Source of the DNA: Nemertoderma westbladi
Lineage: Eukaryota > Animalia > Xenacoelomorpha
DNA: 51,080 nucleotides
NCBI GenBank assembly: GCA_032718475.1
Contig: JAUCBJ010003254.1
Coordinates: 1-51,080, forward strand
Direction: 5' to 3'
This document shows positions 14,501 to 24,269 of this stretch, in pieces (position 1 is the first letter of the stretch; every line of letters begins with the position of its first letter). The position numbers and the translations under genes were made by a program. The notes beneath the pieces were generated by a model. It saw only the letters and a program-made list of their open reading frames with translations. It made no database searches and was not told the origin of the DNA.

Positions 14501-15375
14501 CAACTTACTTGACTTGATGTGCAACTTACTTGACTTGATGTGCAACTTACTTGACTTGATGTGCAACTTACTTGACTTGATGTGCAACTTACTTGACTTG
14601 ATGTGCAACTTACTTGACTTGATGTGCAACTTACTTGACTTGATGTGCAACTTACTTGACTTGATGTGCAACTTACTTGACTTGATGTGCAACTTACTTG
14701 ACTTGATGTGCAACTTACTTGACTTGATGTGCAACTTACTTGACACTTGATGTGCAACTTACTTGACACTTGATGTGCAACTTACTTGACACTTGATGTG
14801 CAACTTACTTGACACTTGATGTGCAACTTACTTGACACTTGATGTGCAACTTACTTGACACTTGATGTGCAACTTACTTGACACTTGATGTGCAACTTAC
14901 GTGACACTTGATGTGCAACTTGATGTGCAACTTACTTGAGACTTGATGTGCAACTTACTTGAGACTTGATGTGCAACTTACTTGACACTTGATGTGCAAC
15001 TTACTTGACACTTGATGTGCAACTTACTTGACACTTGATGTGCAACTTACTTGACACTTGATGTGCAACTTACTTGACACTTGATGTGCAACTTACTTGA
15101 GACTTGATGTGCAACTTACTTGAGACTTGATGTGCAACTTACTTGACTTGAAGTGCAACTTACTTGACTTGATGTGCAGCTTACTTGACTTGATGTGCAG
15201 CTTACTTGACTTGATGTGCAACTTACTTGACTTGATGTGCAACTTACTTGACTTGATGTGCAACTTACTTGACTTGATGTGCAACTTACTTGACTTGATG
15301 TGCAACTTACTTGACTTGATGTGCAACTTACTTGACCTGATGTGCAAATTACTTGACTTGATGTGCAAGACTTGA
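8530..15375. repeat. Intronic satellite with GATGTGCAAC core; homogeneous blocks of 26-, 25-, 17-, 22-, 21- and 23-bp units
   Basis: Units read directly: GATGGATGTGCAACCTAGTTGACTTA (26), GTTGGATGTGCAACTTC (17), TTGGATGTGCAACTTGCTAGAC (22), TTGATGTGCAACTTACTTGAC (21), CTTGATGTGCAACTTACTTGACA (23). Confidence 0.97.
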
Positions 15376-15401
15376 TAGTTTACTGACTTTGTATAATATA
15401 C

Positions 15402-15775
15402 TAGGTGACTGGTGACTTCGTATATTACACTAGGTGACTTGGTATATTACACTAGGTGACTTGGTATATTACACTAGGTCACTTGGTATATTACACTAGG
15501 TGACTTGGTATATTACACTAGGTGACTTGGTATATTACACTAGGTGACTTGGTATATTATACTAGGTGACTTGGTATATTACACTAGGTGACTTGGTATA
15601 TTACACTAGGTGACTTGGTATATTATACTAGGTGACTTGGTATATTACACTAGGTGACTTGGTATATTACACTAGGTGACATGGTATAGTATACTAGCCG
15701 ACTTGGTATAGTTTACTGGGTGATTTGGTATAGTTTACTAGGTGACTATACTTGATATATTATACTAGGTAAGTT
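15402..15775. repeat. 22-bp minisatellite
   Basis: Unit GGTATATTACACTAGGTGACTT, about a dozen good copies plus degenerate flanks. Confidence 0.92.
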
Positions 15776-15816
15776 GGTATTGTATATAAGAGTAATATAC
15801 ATTAAACTCAACTCAC

Positions 15817-16152
15817 CCCAATTACACGACCCCCTCGCTCCCGTCGTGGACGAACGATAATCGGTTTTGGACGACGGGATCGAGTGCGAGGGGGGGTCTC
15901 CATCGCGGACATCTGTGAGAATGGTGCTACGATGTCGGGCGTCGATTGGTTTGTCTCAGAATAAACGCCAGGAGAAACACCCACGACAGGGGAGAAGGTG
16001 GGTGTAGATCCCGCTAGTGGTGAGAAGATGGGACTTCCCGCTCGAGGGGAGATCGAAGGTATCACCAAAGGTGAGAGCCTAGGGAGCATGGAGCCTCCCA
16101 AAATGATACGAGATCGCAACGCATCTAAAGGGATAGGCGAAGCGGTGCTATC
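15817..16152 (-). CDS. Exon 11 (112 aa, SP/TP-rich with basic C-terminal end)
   Basis: TTTTTAG|GAT...GGG|GTGAGT; 336 nt, phase 0-0; DSTASPIPLDALRSR...RPRRERGGRVIG. Confidence 0.8.
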
Positions 16153-16648
16153 CTAAAAACAAATAAATAGATAATGTTAATATAATAATTTAAAATATCA
16201 ATATGTTAATAAAAATTTTGGCTAAAAATATATAAAGTTATAAATATAAAAACATATCTACAACGAAATATAATTATATATTTATAAATTTAAATTTACA
16301 CATCAAGACATGTGATGTGTTTCCATACACTTTGTGGGATGTACATAGACAAACATGCATCGTTACTATAGAAATAAAAATATCAATAAATCCGGATAGA
16401 AAGTAGGGAAGGAGAGGATATACTAATAACTAACTTATAAAACTTGATTTTTACGCAGTTTGAACTGCTTTCTATCAAATATTGTTCATTTGGTCGAAAC
16501 ACTTTAAATAACATTGTTAAAAATAGGGCAAAATACAATAATACAACATTAAAGATTTTTACCACATAAATTCTTCATTAAAATATATAAATTATATTAA
16601 AATTACTATGATTAAGTTGGGGCAAGGCAAATATAATAATAAACTAAC

Positions 16649-16762
16649 AATGGAAGGTGTTGATTCTCCATGGCCGAACTCTATAAGCGGTGTAATACAG
16701 ACCTCCGATACAGCCGGGGTCATATCAATATCCTCTGTCTGCTCCCTAGACTCTTGCAGGAC
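16649..16762 (-). CDS. Exon 10 (38 aa, diverged class-C exon)
   Basis: GTTTAG|GTC...ATT|GTTAGT; 114 nt; VLQESREQTEDIDMTPAVSEVCITPLIEFGHGESTPSI; start and acceptor context resemble exon 7. Confidence 0.7.
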
Positions 16763-16899
16763 CTAAACAGCAATATTATATAATTCATAAATGAGAAAGT
16801 CATTTTTGGTACATTGAAGTGGTACATAGTAATTAAATTGTGGTATAACTAACTAGCGAAAAATACCAGGCGACCACATTAAGAGCTGGAACGCAGAAC

Positions 16900-17900
16900 C
16901 TGGTTTCAAACTTCCTGTTGCATGTGGGTGCAACGGGAGGGAATAACATGTGGGTGGAAAGGGGGGGAATTTCATGTGGGTGTAACGGGATGGACTGGAT
17001 AGTGTGCAAAGGGAAGTTAAACATTGGTGGATCAGGATTGAGTTGCAGGTGGGGTATGGGAGGGAGTTACAGATAATTGGAACGGGAAGGAGTTGCAAGT
17101 GAGTGAAACGTTTTTAGTTACAGTTGGAATGGGATGGAGTTACAGGGGGTGATACGGGATAGAGTTACATGTGGAGTAGATGGAACGGGATAGAGTCAGA
17201 GGTGGGTGGAACGGGTGCGAGTTACAATTGTTTCGAACAGGAGAGAGTTTTACAGGTGATTGGAATGGGAGGGAGTTACAAGTGTGTAACGAGACGGAGG
17301 GGAGGGGGGGAGTTACAAGTGGGTAGAAAGAAAACGAGAGACAGGTGGATGGAAGGGGAGAGTGGGGGAGTTACAGGACAGTGGAACGGGAGGGAGTTAC
17401 ATGTGAAAAGAAAGGGAACGAGTTTCCGTTGGGTAGAAGGTGGGGGGGGGGGGGGGGGGGGGGGCTACAGGATGATGGAATGGCATGGTGTTTAGGTGGG
17501 TGAAACAGAGGAGGGGAATTGCAGGATGGTGTAAGTTACAGGTGGGTAGAAAGGGAACGAGTTACAGACAGATGGGTGGAAAGTCAATGAGTTACAGGTG
17601 GATGGAAAGGGGACGGTTTACAGGTGGGAGAAACGGGAGGGAGTTACAGGTGGGAGAAACGAGAGGGAGTTACGGTGGGGGGGGGGGGGGGAAATTTACC
17701 AATGAGTTGAATAAGGTAAAGTTGAATAGGAATGAATTTAAACATGTGGAGTGAAACAGGAGTGAGTTGAATCAGGTTGAGTGGAACCGGAGTGAGTTCA
17801 ATCAGGTGAGTAACAGGATGGGAAGAGGAGTGATTTAAATCACGTCTATTGGAACAGGACAGGAGTGAGTTGAATCATGTGGAGTGGAAAAGGAGTGAGT
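16900..17900. repeat. Degenerate G-rich repeat (~25-bp unit, then ~30-bp unit) with poly-G tracts
   Basis: Recurring GAGTTACAGGTGGGTGGAACGG-like units, long G runs near 17442-17464 and 17677-17691, then GAGTGAGTTGAATCA...GTGGAAC units. Confidence 0.8.
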
Positions 17901-17925
17901 TTGTAATACAATTAAGTAAACTAAC

Positions 17926-18171
17926 CATAGATTCTGGTTCGTTCTGGCGGCCGGACTCGGCTACGCTACTCTCGGCGGCCTCGATATCGAACATCTCGAC
18001 ATCTTGTGGATCTTCCATAAGTTCCGCCTCATCCATGTTGTCCCGGTATATACCGTAACGCTCGTGGAAGATTCTCATCGGGCAGGTGCCCCGGTTATGG
18101 TTCCTCTTGCCGCATCGGCCCTTGCAGTAAGAACATGCTGAGCGCCCCTTACGTTTAGCGGGTTTAGATAA
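17926..18171 (-). CDS. Exon 9 (82 aa, zinc knuckle 3 plus acidic segment)
   Basis: TTTCAG|TTA...ATG|GTTAGT; 246 nt; LSKPAKRKGRSACSYCKGRCGKRNHNRGTCPMR...SGRQNEPESM. Confidence 0.85.
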
Positions 18172-18442
18172 CTGAAATTAAAATAATCATTTAATGAATT
18201 TTAATTAATTATTATATTAGTTATTATTATGTCCCTATATACAGTAGATAGTACTGGTAGTGAAAAAATTTATATTGTTATGGTAATGACAAACAATGAC
18301 AGTAATTCTCTTTGTTTTACCGGCACTAAATTCTACAGTAATTTCAATTACATAATAAAAGAAGATATAGTAAATGTAACTTAGGAACCATTTTTCGCAA
18401 ACAAATAATTCTGAATAACACTAATTATATATATTTACTAAC

Positions 18443-18616
18443 AATCTTGGGGCGGCAATACGGACGGCCGGACTGGATTGGATCCGCTGCTCTACTTCGC
18501 ATAGAATCCACGGATCCAAGACTACAAACATCCGAACCTTCGGACATCGAATCTCCTATCATCGCTATGGCGTCGTCTAGAACTGATATGAGTTGTTTCC
18601 TCCTGCAGGACGTTTC
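18443..18616 (-). CDS. Exon 8 (58 aa, class D, copy 2)
   Basis: TTCCACAG|GAA...ATT|GTTAGT; 174 nt; ETSCRRKQLISVLDDAIAMIGDSMSEGSDVCSLGSVDSMRSRAADPIQSGRPYCRPKI. Confidence 0.75.
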
Positions 18617-18849
18617 CTGTGGAAAATGGTAATAAAGAAATAAATAAAACCGGACCGGTACGGGTGAATATATATCTTATTAAATTACAATTACAAACTA
18701 TAAAGGAATAAAATAATATACAGATATTTAGATTAATCTTAGAGACCGGGTATTAAATACTATTGAGTCTAACTATTCTGGAACCGAGAATTCCTTTATG
18801 AACGGCCCCACATTATTTATACAAATATTATATTATTAAATAAACTTAC

Positions 18850-18975
18850 AAGAGGCGGCTGAAGAGCCGAACGGCCGGACACAGTGGGGAGAACGACAGG
18901 CAGAGATACGGCGGTGAAAACTTCCGTAGCTACCGAAATCTGATCCTCCTCTCTTACTAAAGCTTCCTGCAGGAC
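18850..18975 (-). CDS. Exon 7 (42 aa, class C, copy 2; an alternative in-frame acceptor would start it at 18966)
   Basis: GTTTAG|GTC CTG CAG|GAA...CTT|GTAAGT; VLQEALVREEDQISVATEVFTAVSLPVVLPTVSGRSALQPPL. Confidence 0.75.
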
Positions 18976-19405
18976 CTAAACAATAATAAAATAACGTTTG
19001 GAACTATACTAAGGTGGGTTAATAAATACAATAAAGGTAAAATAAAAGTTCCATTACTGAAATATAACTAGAGAGAATTATTAAAATAAATTATACATAG
19101 CAAAATATATAAATTGAGATAAGTCGTCAAGTAATTGGGTAGTCAGAGCGGTAAATAAGTCACTCGGAATTAACCCATTTGTTTTGTCATCAGTTTATAT
19201 ATTAATTAGCAACCGCATATAGACGAACGCAATATTTATATATATGATAGAAATATATTTAGTGTTCAAATTGAATAAGATGTGATTTCTATGATCGGGA
19301 CTGGGATTATAATTTCCGGCGTGGTCCCAGTTATTCGGAACTACCGGATAGGAATCCCGTTGTAGCACTAATATATTATAGATCAATATAATTAAATAAA
19401 CTCAC

Positions 19406-19744
19406 CATCCGCTCTGGGTCATTCTGGCGGCCGTGCTGGGCAGCACTGCTGCCGATTCCTACGTCAACGTCTACCATTTCGACGTCCTCTCTGACGATTC
19501 CCGCGTCAACGTTTACCATTTCGACGTCAACGTCTACCATTTCGACGTCCTCTCTTAGAAATCCCTCTCTCTCTCTCTCTCTTTCTATGAGAAGACCTTC
19601 GTCCATGGTCTGAGCTGTAATGTCTATGAGAACATGGTATTTTCTCATGACGCAGGTTGTTCTGGGGTGGTATTTCTTCTTGCCGCAACGCCCCTGACAG
19701 TAGGAACAAATAGGGCATCCCTTACGTTTGCGGGCTTTCTTGAA
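19406..19744 (-). CDS. Exon 6 (113 aa, zinc knuckle 2 plus acidic repeats)
   Basis: TTTCAG|TTC...ATG|GTGAGT; 339 nt; FKKARKRKGCPICSYCQGRCGKKKYHPRTTCVMR...HGRQNDPERM. Confidence 0.85.
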
Positions 19745-19930
19745 CTGAAATAAAAATATATAATTTAATTAATTTAGTTTTATTTTGTCCCAATATTAAT
19801 ATTGTAGTTATGAAAAACAACGACAGTAATTTTATTTGTTTTACCGGCACTAAATTCTATAGTAATTTATGTTACAAGAAAAACAAATTATATTAATTTA
19901 ATTAAAAGGTAAATATATAATATATCTTAC

Positions 19931-20104
19931 AATCTGGGGGCGGCAATACGGACGGCCGGACTGGATTGGATCCGCTGCTCTACTTCGCATAGAATCCACG
20001 GATCCAAGACTACAAACATCCGAACCTTCGGACATCGATTCTCCTATCATCGCTATGGCGTCGTCTAGAATCGATAGGGGTTGTTTCCTCCTGCAGGACG
20101 TATC
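19931..20104 (-). CDS. Exon 5 (58 aa, class D, copy 1)
   Basis: TTCCACAG|GAT...ATT|GTAAGA; 174 nt; DTSCRRKQPLSILDDAIAMIGESMSEG...SGRPYCRPQI. Confidence 0.75.
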
Positions 20105-20342
20105 CTGTGGAAAACGGTAATAAAGAAATAAATAATACCGGACCGGTACGAGTGAAAATATATCTTATTAAATTACAATTACAAACTATAAAGGAATAAA
20201 ATAATATACAGATATTTAGATTAATCTTAGAGACCGGGTATTAAATACTATTGAGTCTCTATAAGCTATACTGGAACCGAGAATCGCTTTATGAACGGCC
20301 CAACATTATTTATACAAATATTATATTATTAAATAAACTTAC

Positions 20343-20462
20343 AAGAGGCGGCTGAAGAGCCGAACGGCCGGACACAGTGGGGAGGACGACAGGCAGAGAT
20401 ACGGCGGTGAAAACTTCCGTAGCTACCGAAATCTGTTCCTCCTCTGTTGCAGCAATAGCTTC
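20343..20462 (-). CDS. Exon 4 (40 aa, class C, copy 1)
   Basis: GTCCTACAG|GAA...CTT|GTAAGT; 120 nt; EAIAATEEEQISVATEVFTAVSLPVVLPTVSGRSALQPPL. Confidence 0.75.
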
Positions 20463-20789
20463 CTGTAGGACATAAACAATAATAAAACAACAGTAGATAT
20501 TTACAACAGATAAAATAAACAAGCAACTCCTTAGTAATATGATATCAGCCCTAATATAAATACGGCAATTACGTTTCCATAAAATTAATATATATAATAT
20601 CTTAAGATTGTATGAGACCTCAAGGTAAATAAGTTAAAATTAAATTATTAAATGGTGACAATCAAAATAACATTTTATAAAATAAACAGATATAAATCAT
20701 ACAGTACGGTCATCCGTTATACACACTGTTATACAATGGAGTCCCAAATACAGTGAAGTGATATTGTATATGGGATAGAGTTAACTAAC

Positions 20790-21269
20790 CATCGGTTCCG
20801 ACTCTGTAAGGCGGCCGGACTTGGTCGACATCGACCTCGGAATGAACGCGACGTATCTGTCACCGTCCAATCCGATATGGATGGCCCCACCTCGTCTCCT
20901 TGGGGGGGCGCAGTAACAACTGGGCGCGTTTCGTTGCTGCGCCCGATGGACCGTAATCTCAATCTCCTCCATGTCTCTTATGGCCTCCAGGTTGATGTCG
21001 TTAACCTGGCAATCATCCGCTGCTAGTGAAAGTAAGTAGGCGGCGAACGATTGCGGCCCTCCCGTACGGAAGAGCCACTGCCGGGAATACTTGGCCGTTC
21101 TCAGCGACATGAAGTCGGCCACGTGTTGTTTCAGATAGGAGGCTGATATCCCCCAGCCCGCAGCCGTTGAAACCGCAGATAACTGCGCTAGTGGATGGTT
21201 GGGTATGTCGACCACATCCAGGTTGAGATCGTCCGCGACCTGGCGGAACCAACTCGTTGAATTGGCGAC
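20790..21269 (-). CDS. Exon 3 (160 aa): degenerate, probably inactive OTU-fold domain
   Basis: TATTTAG|GTC...ATG|GTTAGT; 480 nt. Aligns by eye to the exon 13 OTU: FRQVADDLNLDVVDIPNHPLAQLSAV vs FERVANSKGLILKDVRGDGNCMFNAI; NDINLEAI vs NSIILEAL; IHIGLDGDRYVAF vs VLIAHHHEHQHYYGF. Confidence 0.8.
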
Positions 21270-21349
21270 CTAAATAATTTAAAAATAATAGATAGAAGAG
21301 AAAAAATAGAAGACAAATGTAACTAATATGTAAGATTCAATGAATTAAT

Positions 21350-23413
21350 GGGGGAGGGGCCGGGGTGAAGAGTCAGGAGAGACCCTGGCTGGAGTGCTGG
21401 GAGGGTGGTCGGGGTGAAGAGTCAGGAGAGACCCTGGCTGGAGTGCTGGGAGGGTGGTCAGGGTGAAGAGTCAGGAGAGACCCTGGCTGGAGTGCTGGGA
21501 GGGTGGTCGGGGTGAAGAGTCAGGAGAGACCCTGGCTGGAGTGCTGGGAGGGTGGTCGGGGTGAAGAGTCAGGAGAGACCCTGGCTGGAGTGCTGGGAGG
21601 GTGGTCGGGGTGAAGAGTCAGGAGAGACCCTGGCTGGAGTGCTGGGAGGGTGGTCGGGGTGAAGAGTCAGGAGAGACCCTGGCTGGAGTGCTGGGAGGGT
21701 GGTCAGGGTGAAGAGTCAGGAGAGACCCTGGCTGGAGTGCTGGGAGGGTGGTCGGGGTGAAGAGTATGGAGAGACCCTGGCTGGAGTGCTGGGAGGGTGG
21801 TCGGGGTGAAGAGTCTGGAGAGACCCTGGCTGGAGTGCTGGGAGGGTGGTCGGGGTGAAGAGTCTGGAGAGACCCTGGCTGGAGTGCTGGGAGGGTGGTC
21901 GGGGTGAAGAGTCTGGAGAGACCCTGGCTGGAGTGCTGGGAGGGTGGTCGGGGTGAAGAGTCAGGAGAGACCCTGGCTGGAGTGCTGGGAGGGTGGTCGG
22001 GGTGAAGAGTCAGGAGAGACCCTGGCTGGAGTGCTGGGAGGGTGGTCGGGGTGAACAGTCAGGAGAGACCCTGGCTGGAGTGCTGGGAGGGTGGTCGGGG
22101 TGAAGAGTCAGGAGAGACCCTGGCTGGAGTGCTGGGAGGGTGGTCGGGGTGAAGAGTCAGGATAGACCCTGGCTGGAGTGCTGGGAGGGAGGTCGGGGTG
22201 AAGAGTCAGGATAGACCCTGGCTGGAGTGCTGGGAGGGTGGTCGGGGTGAAGAGTCAGGAGAGACCCTGGCTGGAGTGCTGGGAGGGTGGTCGGGGTGAA
22301 GAGTCAGGAGAGACCCTGGCTGGAGTGCTGGGAGGGTGGTCGGGGTGAAGAGTCAGGAGAGACCCTGGCTGGAGTGCTGGGAGGGTGGTCGGGGTGAAGA
22401 GTCAGGAGAGACCCTGGCTGGAGTGCTGGGAGGGTGGTCGGGGTGAAGAGTCAGGATAGACCCTGGCTGGAGTGCTGGGAGGGAGGTCGGGGTGAAGAGT
22501 CAGGATAGACCCTGGCTGGAGTGCTGGGAGGGTGGTCGGGGTGAAGAGTCAGGAGAGACCCTGGCTGGAGTGCTGGGAGGGTGGTCGGGGTGAAGAGTCT
22601 GGAGAGACCCTGGCTGGAGTGCTGGGAGGGTGGTCGGGGTGAAGAGTCAGGAGAGACCCTGGCTGGAGTGCTGGGAGGGTGGTCGGGGTGAAGAGTCAGG
22701 AGAGACCCTGGCTGGAGTGCTGGGAGGGTGGTCGGGGTGAAGAGTCAGGAGAGACCCTGGCTGGAGTGCTGGGAGGGTGGTCGGGGTGAAGAGTCAGGAG
22801 AGACCCTGGCTGGAGTGCTGGGAGGGTGGTCGGGGTGAAGAGTCAGGAGAGACCCTGGCTGGAGTGCTGGGAGGGTGGTCGGGGTGAAGAGTCAGGAGAG
22901 ACCCTGGCTGGAGTGCTGGGAGGGTGGTCGGGGTGAAGAGTCAGGATAGACCCTGGCTGGAGTGCTGGGAGGGAGGTCGGGGTGAAGAGTCTGGAGAGAT
23001 CCTGGCTGGAGTGCTGGGAGGGTGGTCGGGGTGAAGAGTCTGGAGAGACCCTGGCTGGAGTGCTGGGAGGGTGGTCGGGGTGAAGAGTCAGGAGAGACCC
23101 TGGCTGGAGTGCTGGGAGGGTGGTCGGGGTGAAGAGTCAGGATAGACCCTGGCTGGAGTGCTGGGAGGGAGGTCGGGGTGAAGAGTCTGGAGAGATCCTG
23201 GCTGGAGTGCTGGGAGGGTGGTCGGGGTGAAGAGTCTGGAGAGACCCTGGCTGGAGTGCTGGGAGGGTGGTCGGGGTGAAGAGTCTGGAGAGATCCTGGC
23301 TGGAGTGCTGGGAGGGTGGTCGGGGTGAAGAGTCTGGAGAGACCCTGGCTGGAGTGCTGGGAGGGTGGTCGGGGTGAAGAGTCAGGAGAGACCCTGGGTA
23401 GAGTGATGGGAGG
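21350..23413. repeat. 49-bp G-rich minisatellite, ~42 copies, in intron 2
   Basis: Unit GGGGTGAAGAGTCAGGAGAGACCCTGGCTGGAGTGCTGGGAGGGTGGTC; period 49 (21362, 21411...). Confidence 0.97.
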
Positions 23414-23531
23414 TATATACTGTATATATTGGTTCACCTAATCGTTTTATGCAGTAATTGTATTAGAAAACCACCGGAACAAAATATAAAATGACAAAGT
23501 AGGTCCACATAATTATATATGATAAACTAAC

Positions 23532-23690
23532 CGGGGTTGGTGGTGTTGGCGGACGGGTAGTACGTCGCCGTGGAGGCGATCTCAACGCGTCGGCGTAGGA
23601 TGGAGATGTGGGGGGACTCTGGCGTCCCACCGTGACGTCGGGCGTCTCGCGTCCTACCGCTACCTCCGGAGTCTCGCGACCCAACTCCAC
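23532..23690 (-). CDS. Exon 2 (53 aa, xGRETP repeats, Pro/Arg-rich)
   Basis: TTTCTAG|GTG...CCG|GTTAGT; 159 nt; VELGRETPEVAVGRETPDVTVGRQSPPTSPSYADALRSPPRRRTTRPPTPPTP. Confidence 0.8.
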
Positions 23691-24269
23691 CTAGAAAGTA
23701 GCAATTTAAAATAATGACACGGAGAGATATATACTTATACTGACTTCAAACAACAAAAAGAGATAGGTTAGGATAGGATACAATAACACATTATAACGAA
23801 ACGATACTAAAGAAATGACCGCACTTCACAGCAACAATAAGGGGTACGTAGGATTTATAGTAATTTAATTAGTATATTAGCACAACATAATACTACAACA
23901 GTAAACAATTTATTATGTTACATTGGATCGAAGTCGTTCTCCTTAAAGCACCGCCCACAGCACATACTTATAGTTATACATTTATAATGGAGCTTTACCA
24001 AAGAAGGTGGAAGGTAAACAGGGAGGTAGACAATGGCTGGTAAAAAGACAATATTGAGTTACAATGGTGGGTTAACAAGATTAAAAGTCAAACTAAGATT
24101 GGTTATCAAGGAGGGTAACTCACGATGGCAGATCTCCTGGTAGATAAGTGGGTTAAATAGTGTGCAGATAATGGTGTGTTTACCAGGTACAGTATGCAGG
24201 CCGGACAAACAGTGTATTAAGCATGCCTCTGTTTAGAATAATACTTAATATAATGTAAATAAAACTTAC

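Noticed and set aside
10463-15375. Long ORFs of LHIKSSK, MCNLLDL and QVSCTSS repeats (also 28613-30074 and 45625-47352)
   Set aside because: They arise from a 21-bp unit that is stop-free in several frames on both strands. Neighbouring 17-, 22-, 23- and 26-bp blocks break the frame, and the main array lies in an intron.
8530-15375. Telomeric repeat (TTAG-containing units)
   Set aside because: No TTAGGG or TTAGG arrays; units are 17-26 bp and internal to an intron.
8530-23413. CRISPR-like arrays
   Set aside because: Units are contiguous with no unique spacers, there are no cas genes, and the context is spliceosomal.
22892-23437. 181-aa Pro/Ser-rich ORF
   Set aside because: Read-through of the 49-bp minisatellite; the unit is not a multiple of 3 and cycles through frames.
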